Assembly (NCBI GenBank): GCA_965224465.1
Contig: OZ245049.1
Coordinates: 2,490,001-2,522,000, forward strand
Direction of reading: 5' to 3'
Length of the DNA: 32,000 nucleotides
Source of the DNA: Flavobacteriaceae bacterium
Lineage (GTDB): Bacteria; Bacteroidota; Bacteroidia; Flavobacteriales; Flavobacteriaceae
Position numbers and translations under genes: made by a program. The notes below the pieces were generated by a model. That model did no database searches, was not told the DNA's origin, and saw only the letters and a program-made list of their open reading frames with translations. Positions 24,985 through 32,000 of the stretch are shown in pieces; positions within the stretch are counted from its first letter, which is position 1, and each line of letters begins with the position of its first letter.

Positions 24985-25021
24985 AATTTTTAGACAAGTC
25001 TAAAAATTATTTATATATTTG
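24985..25021. promoter_or_regulatory. Divergent control region: perfect 24-bp palindrome (candidate DtxR/MntR operator) plus a TATATTTG -7 box for the receptor gene
   Basis: AATTTTTAGAC-AA-GTCTAAAAATT (24985-25008) has 11-bp perfect arms. TATATTTG is at 25014-25021, 17 nt before ATG 25038. Confidence 0.55.
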
Positions 25022-25037
25022 CCAAAACTATAAAACA

Positions 25038-27341
25038 ATGAAAACTTATATATTACTAATATCCCTACTAATTAGTCAGTTAATCCCCGCAAATAACGAC
25101 GGAATAATACAAGGGACTATTCGCGACAAGAGGACAACAATCCCAGGCGCAACCATCTTTATAAAATCATTACAACTCGGTACTACAACAAATTTTAAAG
25201 GACAATACACCCTAAACGTACCTGAAGGCACCTATAAAATTACCATCCAAGCATTGGGCTATAAAACCGTACAGAAAAAAATTAGCATTCAAAAACACAT
25301 AACAAAAACACTCCATATAACTTTAAAAGAAAGTACATTCTCCCTAGATCAAATAGTAATCACTGGAACCAAAACATTTAAGAGGCAAACAAATTCCCCC
25401 GTTATTGTAAACATTATAGATTCAAGTACACTTAACAATGTACAAGCTTGCAACTTATCGGAAGGCTTAAATTTCCAACCAGGATTACGCGTAGAAACAG
25501 ACTGTCAAACATGCAACTACACCCAGTTACGAATGAATGGATTGGCGGGTGGTTACTCACAAATCCTTATCAATGGACGTCCAATTTTTAGCCCACTTAC
25601 AGGACTTTATGGCTTAGAGCAAATCCCAGCAAATATGATAGAACGTATAGAAATTGTTCGAGGAGGAGGCTCTGCCTTGTACGGATCAAGTGCTATTGGA
25701 GGCACCGTAAATGTAATCACAAAAATACCGAAGGAATCTGCCTACAGTTTGGACTATTCTTTCTTAAGCATCAATGGAAAAGCAACAGACCATATCCTAA
25801 ATGCTAACGGAACCATCCTCAGTCCAAACAACTCCGCAGGCGCTTCATTTTTTGTAAGCAAAAGAGACAGAGAATATTATGATGCAAATGGCGATAATTA
25901 TTCAGAATTACCCGCTTTAAAAAACAATTCCTTTGGAGTAAACATGTTCTTATTACCTACAGAAAATCAAAAAATAGAACTGAGTTTAAGCAGTATGTAC
26001 GAATTTAGATACGGAGGAGAAATGGTAGACAAAGCAGCGTACCTCACAAAACAATCTGAAGAACGCACGCACAACGTATTTGTTGGAAGTTTGGATTATC
26101 AAATCAATTTTAACAATCTCAACAGCTCATTCATCACTTACGTATCTGGACAAAAAACGAACAGAGATCACTATACTGGAATTTATCCAGACAGTCCAAG
26201 CGACATCCAAGCACATTTAGAAAACCCACCTTATGGAACTTCAGAAGCATCAACATTACAAGGAGGTATTCAATTAAATCATCGTTTTACGAAATTTTTA
26301 AAAGGAGAAAATGTCATTACTTCTGGTATTGAATATGTACAAGACAAAGTATTAGACGAAATAGATGCCTATAATTACCTCATAGATCAGACAACCACTA
26401 CACTAGGAATTTTCCTACAAAGTGACTGGGAAATTACACCTCAAATTAACTTATTAACAGGTGTACGAGCGGACAAACACAACCTACTCAATAATTTTGT
26501 TTTAAGTCCACGTGCTTCTTTATTGTATAAATTAAAGAAAAGCACACAATTTAGATTGACCTGGGGAACAGGCTTTAGAGCACCACAAGCATTTGATGCC
26601 GATTTACATATCGCATTTGCTGGCGGTGGTGTTTCAAGAATTATTTTATCACCCGATTTAAAAGAAGAGAAATCAAGTAGTATTAGTGGCTCTATCAATT
26701 ACGACAAAGCAACAGATACTTTTATTGCAGGATTTACAATTGAAAGCTTTTACACCCACCTAAAGGATGCTTTTTATCAAGAACCAATTGGCACTGATAA
26801 ATTTGGAGAAGTGTTTGAAAAAAGAAACGGAGATGGCGCAACAGTAAAAGGTGCTTCTTTAGAATTGAGAGCCAATTACAATAAAAAAATCCAACTAGAA
26901 ACAGGGATCACGGTACAATCTAGTAAATACGACACCGCCGTAAGCTATTCTGACGAACTCACACCTACCCGTACTTTTCTAAGAGCACCTAACGTGTATG
27001 GTTTTGCAACCCTCACATTTACTCCTAACAAAAAATTTAGTACTTCTCTAAATATGGTGTACACAGGAAGTATGGATTTGGTGCATTTAGCAGGAGCTCC
27101 AGAACAAAAGAAAGACAGTTACGTAAGTGCTCCTACATTTACAAATATAGGTATTAAAACCGCCTACAAGATCAATTACGACGCTATAGAAAGTACTATA
27201 GAATTCTATGCAGGCGCAAAAAACGTCTTCAATCAGTATCAAAATGATTTTGACTCAGGAAAAAATCGCGATAGCAATTATATTTATGGTCCTAGTGCAC
27301 CGCGCACGTTTTTTATTGGCTTAAAAATGAGTTCGCTCTAA
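25038..27341 (+). CDS. TonB-dependent outer-membrane receptor (metal-regulated, substrate unknown)
   Basis: Signal peptide MKTYILLISLLISQLIPA, a CarboxypepD_reg-like domain (GTIRD...GATIFI...GQYTLNVPEGTYKITIQALGYKT), a plug containing ETDCQTCNYTQLRMNGL, and a beta-barrel. Starts at ATG 25038, not the TTG at 24972. Confidence 0.85.
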   Translation: MKTYILLISLLISQLIPANNDGIIQGTIRDKRTTIPGATIFIKSLQLGTTTNFKGQYTLNVPEGTYKITIQALGYKTVQKKISIQKHITKTLHITLKESTFSLDQIVITGTKTFKRQTNSPVIVNIIDSSTLNNVQACNLSEGLNFQPGLRVETDCQTCNYTQLRMNGLAGGYSQILINGRPIFSPLTGLYGLEQIPANMIERIEIVRGGGSALYGSSAIGGTVNVITKIPKESAYSLDYSFLSINGKATDHILNANGTILSPNNSAGASFFVSKRDREYYDANGDNYSELPALKNNSFGVNMFLLPTENQKIELSLSSMYEFRYGGEMVDKAAYLTKQSEERTHNVFVGSLDYQINFNNLNSSFITYVSGQKTNRDHYTGIYPDSPSDIQAHLENPPYGTSEASTLQGGIQLNHRFTKFLKGENVITSGIEYVQDKVLDEIDAYNYLIDQTTTTLGIFLQSDWEITPQINLLTGVRADKHNLLNNFVLSPRASLLYKLKKSTQFRLTWGTGFRAPQAFDADLHIAFAGGGVSRIILSPDLKEEKSSSISGSINYDKATDTFIAGFTIESFYTHLKDAFYQEPIGTDKFGEVFEKRNGDGATVKGASLELRANYNKKIQLETGITVQSSKYDTAVSYSDELTPTRTFLRAPNVYGFATLTFTPNKKFSTSLNMVYTGSMDLVHLAGAPEQKKDSYVSAPTFTNIGIKTAYKINYDAIESTIEFYAGAKNVFNQYQNDFDSGKNRDSNYIYGPSAPRTFFIGLKMSSL

Positions 27342-27382
27342 TAATAAAATAACAAAAAAACTAACAGTACAAATTAAATCAG

Positions 27383-27390
27383 TATTTTTG
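27383..27390 (+). promoter_or_regulatory. Candidate -7 box (TATTTTTG) upstream of the 27416 gene
   Basis: TAnnTTTG match 26 nt upstream of the ATG. Confidence 0.35.
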
Positions 27391-27415
27391 ACCTTAGTAA
27401 ACCCTAATAATTGAG

Positions 27416-28081
27416 ATGAAACGATTTTTTGTACTGTTATCCCTTTGTGCTAGCACTCTTGTGGCACAAGAAAAAATAGAAAAAGACACAACCTACGCCT
27501 ATTTGACCGAAACAATAGTTCACATAGACATATTAAAAGCTGTAAAAGTTCAAGCTGAAAACAAATTTTACATCAATAGCCGTTCTAATGATTTTGTAAA
27601 AGGAGGAAAATCACGAATTATCCTTCCCATTCAGCTACCCAAAAATACGGTAAGCTGGCATTATGAATTCACAGCCTCTAGAAATGAATCTGATGTAAAT
27701 AATACCATTAGCACCTTTAACTTGCTGTCCGAATTATCAGATTACGCAGAAAAAGAAGGACTAGGCTCCGCCATTTCTAAGTTGACGCCTCCTCCAGGAG
27801 CGAACATCTGTGACATTTATTTAGTGGATAAGGAAAACGCCCACCTGTTCCGAACAAAAGAAGACTTTGATTATGACATTAATGGTTCTCGAGAAAATTT
27901 CAAAGCAGGCATCGTAAGCATCCTATCACCTAAAGAACAAACCGTATATTTAGCGATAAAAAATCCAGATAATATCTATGGAATCCATATCGGGATCCAA
28001 GTCATAGCCATGGTAAAAACAAAAAAAACAACCAAAAAAGCCTATAGAATCCCCGTGATTACGAGTTATAAAAAAGACTAA
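27416..28081 (+). CDS. Secreted hypothetical protein
   Basis: 221 aa with cleavable signal peptide MKRFFVLLSLCASTLVAQ. I recognise no family. It lies between the receptor gene and panE. Confidence 0.6.
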   Translation: MKRFFVLLSLCASTLVAQEKIEKDTTYAYLTETIVHIDILKAVKVQAENKFYINSRSNDFVKGGKSRIILPIQLPKNTVSWHYEFTASRNESDVNNTISTFNLLSELSDYAEKEGLGSAISKLTPPPGANICDIYLVDKENAHLFRTKEDFDYDINGSRENFKAGIVSILSPKEQTVYLAIKNPDNIYGIHIGIQVIAMVKTKKTTKKAYRIPVITSYKKD

Positions 28082-28092
28082 ACACCAAGACC

Positions 28093-29016
28093 ATGAAAAT
28101 ACTCATTTACGGCACAGGAGGTGTGGGAGGCTACTTTGGAGCACGCCTTGAACAATCCGGAAATGAAGTACTATTTATTGCTAGAGGCGTACATCTAGAA
28201 GCGATAAAAAAACAAGGTCTATCTATTAAAAGTCCCAAAGGAAATTACACCGTTTCCCCAATAAAAGCGCAAAAAGATGTTCAAGGAATCGGTCATATCG
28301 ACCTAATTATCATCGCCGTAAAAACATGGCAATTAAAAGAAGTAGCGAGGACTATTTTTCCTGTTTTAAATGATAACACACTGGTACTCCCATTATTAAA
28401 TGGAGTTGCATCAAGCGATATACTTAAAGAAATTATTCCCGAAAAACATATTATTGGTGGTTTATGCAAAATAGTAAGTAAACTAACAAAACCCGGAGAA
28501 ATTACACATCTATCTTACGAACCAACTATTGTTTTTGGAGAATTAAACAATGTAAAAACAACAAGAATACTAGCTTTACAAAAGGTTTTTAACAATGCTA
28601 ACTTCAACACAATTTTAGCACAAGATATCCAAACCCAAATTTGGACTAAATTCATATTTATCTGTACCATTAGCGCTATAGGTGCTTTGACCAGATCCAC
28701 TGTTGGGGCGATGAGAACAGCTACCGCTGTCCGTAAAATAATGACAGACACCGCTCATGAAATTGTAGCCATTGCAAAAGCAAAAAACATTTATCTCGAA
28801 AAAAACATCATCGAAAAACAATTTCAAATTATAGACCAACAACCCTACGACACAACCTCTTCCCTTCAACGTGATATGATGGCAGGAAATCCCTCAGAAT
28901 TAGACAGTCAAAACGGAGCAGTAATAGCACTTGGAAAGACACTCGGAATTCCTACACCCGTAAATGCATTTATCTACGACAGTCTTTTCTTGCAAGAACA
29001 AGATGCACGGCGCTAG
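28093..29016 (+). CDS. panE: 2-dehydropantoate 2-reductase (ketopantoate reductase)
   Basis: 307 aa with an N-terminal Rossmann motif ILIYGTGGVGGYFGARL and an ApbA/PanE-like C-terminal domain (SSLQRDM...SELD..NG). Confidence 0.8.
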   Translation: MKILIYGTGGVGGYFGARLEQSGNEVLFIARGVHLEAIKKQGLSIKSPKGNYTVSPIKAQKDVQGIGHIDLIIIAVKTWQLKEVARTIFPVLNDNTLVLPLLNGVASSDILKEIIPEKHIIGGLCKIVSKLTKPGEITHLSYEPTIVFGELNNVKTTRILALQKVFNNANFNTILAQDIQTQIWTKFIFICTISAIGALTRSTVGAMRTATAVRKIMTDTAHEIVAIAKAKNIYLEKNIIEKQFQIIDQQPYDTTSSLQRDMMAGNPSELDSQNGAVIALGKTLGIPTPVNAFIYDSLFLQEQDARR

Positions 29017-29059
29017 CTTGTATCCAAACACAGAAACACATTTCCCGCTCCTAAACATC

Positions 29060-29136
29060 ACCAATTACAATCCAAAAATTATGGATATAAATAGTCTATT
29101 TCCCAAACCATCATTTGGAAATTTAATCGGCATAAC
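29060..29136 (-). repeat. Dispersed structured repeat, copy F (short internal-deletion derivative)
   Basis: ACCAATTACAATCCAAAAATTATGGATATAAATAGTCTATTT is joined directly to CCCAAACCATCATTTGGAAATTTAATCGGCATAAC. Both ends of copies C and D are present, but the central ~80 bp is missing. It lies 35 nt downstream of the GH5 stop, in the same orientation. Confidence 0.6.
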
Positions 29137-29171
29137 GCATTGTTTTTTACTTACTTAATACTACAATACTT

Positions 29172-30773
29172 CTAATTATTTACATACTTCAATAACAACT
29201 TACGAGAACCCTTACGCCCTATATATTTCACATATAACCATCCCGCATCTGTACCTTCAATATTTATTAACATCTCGTTTTTAAAAGACACTAATGTTTC
29301 TGGACTTAAATTAGAAACCCGAGGCACATAAACAATTGTAGCTGACTTATTTACTTTAGATTCTTCCCACTCCATCGAAAAACACAAATTATCAAAATCA
29401 TTTTCATAAGAAATAAGCGTGCCATTTACGGCATAAGGATAAGGCCTTAATAGTATTTTATTGAAAAAATCAAGGGTATCTGTATCTTCATTATAAGACC
29501 AATACGCATTTCCGAATTTATATTTTTCGATAAGATGGATGGCATTTTCAGCCACAGGAATTGCAGTGATAGAATTCCCATAAAAAGCGCCCCATTCCCC
29601 TAACCAAACAGGCATTTTAAGTTCCTTCCCTTTTTTATAAATCTGATTGTAAATATAAGCAACTCGTTCCTTAGAAGCAGATGCAACCGCTTTGGTATCC
29701 GTTACCAGATCATATCCATGAGGAGCATAAGCAACCAACGGATCTGGATCCCCATTCTTTAAGACAACACGAGCAATACTACTTTCTACCCCCGTATTCC
29801 CATAATAACTATGCTCTAAAAACAAGATATGATTCGTATCTACTTCACGAATTGCAGCACTCACTTTTTGATACATTTTTTGTAAATGATTGGTTTCAAA
29901 TTCACGGTTCAACTCAAACAACTGGCTAAACACCTGATGGTAATTTTCTTGTGTAGAAATTAAATCCAGCGCTTTCATCCTCCGAGATTCATCCGCCCAC
30001 ATATGCATCAATTCTTCTTCTGAAAGCAACACACCTTTTTCTTTATAATACAATTCACCAAAAGCTTTTAATAAAATCATGGTGGATTGTACGCCCGATG
30101 TCCCAGGAAAGGGTTCATTCATTAAATCATATCCAATAACAGTGGTATTAGATGCATATCGTTTTGCAACATGCTTCCACACATTCGAAAAATGATCTTG
30201 AATACCAATACCATCTGGAGCTGGTTTATTTTTCCAAAAATTATCAAAGGATGTTTGAACCGCGGCACTCATCATATAAGCATCACTCCAAATAACACCC
30301 GTTGTGTGTGGTTTTCCTTCATCCAAAGTAGCCCATTCAGGAGCTCCATCGCTATATTTAACACTAAATAAATCCTGATGCATGTCCAATACAACAAAAA
30401 TATTATGCTTTTTTGCCCAAGCAATACGCGTATCTATTTCTTTTAAATACTCCTCGTTATACACCCCCGGTTCTGGTTCTAATCCATCCCAAATAATAAC
30501 CAATCGAATGCAATTTACTCCCAAGGAAGACAACTTAGAGAACATTGCTTCGCCACTTTGATACATATACCCCTCTTCTTTGTTTTTACTGACAATATTA
30601 ATTCCGTTAAGAGTAATTTGACGTCCTTGATTGTCTATAAATACGTCTCCCTTAATGGTTACTGAAACAGGCAATTCGGATAATGACCTCTCTTGAACAC
30701 TAGAACATGTCCAATTTAAAAACAGCATTAAAACAACAGCTGATACGAATACTACATTCTGAATATTTTTCAC
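29172..30773 (-). CDS. Glycoside hydrolase family 5 protein (endoglycosylceramidase/cellulase-like) with a C-terminal beta-sandwich domain
   Basis: 533 aa with a signal peptide. The acid/base motif is GYDLMNEP and the nucleophile motif is VWLGEWG. TIM-barrel GH5 hallmarks are present (e.g. NCIRL..IWD). Confidence 0.8.
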   Translation of the reverse strand: MKNIQNVVFVSAVVLMLFLNWTCSSVQERSLSELPVSVTIKGDVFIDNQGRQITLNGINIVSKNKEEGYMYQSGEAMFSKLSSLGVNCIRLVIIWDGLEPEPGVYNEEYLKEIDTRIAWAKKHNIFVVLDMHQDLFSVKYSDGAPEWATLDEGKPHTTGVIWSDAYMMSAAVQTSFDNFWKNKPAPDGIGIQDHFSNVWKHVAKRYASNTTVIGYDLMNEPFPGTSGVQSTMILLKAFGELYYKEKGVLLSEEELMHMWADESRRMKALDLISTQENYHQVFSQLFELNREFETNHLQKMYQKVSAAIREVDTNHILFLEHSYYGNTGVESSIARVVLKNGDPDPLVAYAPHGYDLVTDTKAVASASKERVAYIYNQIYKKGKELKMPVWLGEWGAFYGNSITAIPVAENAIHLIEKYKFGNAYWSYNEDTDTLDFFNKILLRPYPYAVNGTLISYENDFDNLCFSMEWEESKVNKSATIVYVPRVSNLSPETLVSFKNEMLINIEGTDAGWLYVKYIGRKGSRKLLLKYVNN

Positions 30774-30898
30774 TTATCTCATCTTTTAAGTTCCTAAAAT
30801 AATAAATAAACGTTAAAATAACATTTATTTATTAAAATCATTTACCATTATTTCCTTTTCAAGCTTAGCCCATCCTTTCTTTAATCAGCAATAAACCG

Positions 30899-30906
30899 TA
30901 GCTTTG
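30899..30906 (+). promoter_or_regulatory. Candidate -7 box (TAGCTTTG) for leuS
   Basis: TAnnTTTG match 68 nt upstream of ATG 30974. Confidence 0.3.
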
Positions 30907-30973
30907 CGTTTTTATAATTAGATATGAATCGCTGTGATACACTTAATTGATTGCAACGAAATTAAGATAAACA

Positions 30974-32000
30974 ATGGAATATAACTTCAGAAAAATTGAA
31001 GCCGATTGGCAAAAATACTGGGCAGAGAACCAAACATTTAAAGCCTCCAATCAATCGGAAAAACCTAAGTATTATGTATTAGACATGTTTCCTTATCCGT
31101 CAGGAGCAGGACTCCATGTAGGGCATCCGTTAGGATATATTGCCTCTGATATTTACGCGCGTTACAAACGTCACAAAGGTTTTAATGTATTGCATCCTCA
31201 GGGCTATGATTCTTTTGGTTTACCCGCAGAACAATATGCCATTCAAACAGGACAACACCCTGCTACAACTACAGAAGAAAACATAAAAACCTACCGCCGT
31301 CAATTAGACAATATCGGTTTTTCCTTTGATTGGTCTCGAGAAATCCGCACTTCAAATGCTGATTATTACAAATGGACACAGTGGATTTTTATCCAACTAT
31401 TTAATGCTTGGTACAATTTAGACACTGATAAATCGGAAAATATCAGCAGCTTAATCACCCTTTTCGAAACCGATGGAAACGCCACTGTAAAAGCGGCATG
31501 TGATGATGAGATTGACGCATTTACTGCAGCCGATTGGAAACTATTTTCTGAAGATAAAAAACAGGAAGTTTTATTACAATACCGCCTTACATTTTTGTCA
31601 GAAACGGAAGTTAACTGGTGTCCTGCCTTAGGAACCGTACTTGCAAATGACGAAATGGTAAACGGACTTTCTGAACGCGGAGGACACACCGTTATTCGTA
31701 AGAAAATGAAACAATGGAGCATGCGTATTTCTGCCTATGCACAACGCTTGTTAGACGGATTAAATACCATAGATTGGCCACAACCATTAAAAGATTCTCA
31801 AACCAACTGGATTGGAAGATCACAAGGAGCAATGGTGAGTTTTTCTCTTGAAAATTTTGAGGAAAAAATACCGGTTTTTACTACAAGACCTGATACTATT
31901 TACGGGGTAAGTTTTATGACGTTGGCTCCAGAACATGAATTGGTAGCAAAAATCACAAGTCCTGAACAAAAAGAGATTGTAGAAGCTTATATTAAAGCGA
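30974..32000 (+). CDS. leuS: Leucine--tRNA ligase, 5' part (continues beyond the window)
   Basis: Open frame from ATG 30974 to the window end: [24 protein letters not shown]...[23 protein letters not shown] (HIGH motif)...[14 protein letters not shown]. It is not in the ORF track because there is no stop in the window. Confidence 0.95.
   Translation, partial: MEYNFRKIEADWQKYWAENQTFKASNQSEKPKYYVLDMFPYPSGAGLHVGHPLGYIASDIYARYKRHKGFNVLHPQGYDSFGLPAEQYAIQTGQHPATTTEENIKTYRRQLDNIGFSFDWSREIRTSNADYYKWTQWIFIQLFNAWYNLDTDKSENISSLITLFETDGNATVKAACDDEIDAFTAADWKLFSEDKKQEVLLQYRLTFLSETEVNWCPALGTVLANDEMVNGLSERGGHTVIRKKMKQWSMRISAYAQRLLDGLNTIDWPQPLKDSQTNWIGRSQGAMVSFSLENFEEKIPVFTTRPDTIYGVSFMTLAPEHELVAKITSPEQKEIVEAYIKA

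Noticed and set aside
3775-29136. Dispersed repeats as a CRISPR array or CRISPR remnants
   Set aside because: Copies are ~150 bp, kilobases apart, in both orientations and only ~60-80% identical. There is no regular repeat-spacer structure and no cas gene in the window.
31366-31722. ORF 31366-31722 (-) inside leuS
   Set aside because: It is antisense to the unmistakable LeuRS reading frame, which the ORF track omitted because it has no stop in the window.

Overview
Low-GC chromosomal segment that looks like Bacteroidota, probably Flavobacteriia. The support is TAnnTTTG-type -7 boxes, TonB-dependent receptors with CarboxypepD_reg-like N-domains, a DUF4374 lipoprotein, and an atp operon that stops at atpG. 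All family calls come from motifs I recognise by eye; no searches were run.

Left third: atpF-atpH-atpA-atpG, an orphan lipoprotein, an RseP-type site-2 protease, a SCO1/SenC-type protein, and feoA-feoB with a 37-aa Cys-rich microprotein whose start overlaps the feoB stop. Next comes a XusABC-like iron locus (TonB-dependent receptor, DUF4374 lipoprotein, PepSY-TM protein). It carries two extra small membrane proteins joined by TAATG stop/start overlaps, and the PepSY protein has an unusual C-terminal 4-TM extension.

Middle (about 16.5-22.5 kb): a decayed accessory patch. It holds an XRE regulator, a deletion remnant of an IS, a long hairpin repeat, a phased TGGCAC iteron-like array, an intact IS4-family element with target-site duplication, a TlpA-like thioredoxin lipoprotein and a frameshifted C39-like gene remnant.

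Right third: an SseB-like protein, then a DtxR/MntR-like regulator plus ZIP transporter divergent from a second TonB-dependent receptor, with a perfect 24-bp palindrome in the shared control region. After that come a secreted hypothetical, panE, a GH5 glycosidase and the 5' part of leuS (open at the window end and absent from the ORF track).

The most unusual signal is non-coding. A ~150-bp hairpin-containing repeat family occurs at least six times in 32 kb. Five of the six copies sit just downstream of a stop codon in the orientation of that gene. I cannot assign it to a named family. A second notable signal is a shared 17-bp palindrome in the feoAB and receptor promoters, which is a candidate Fur-type box.
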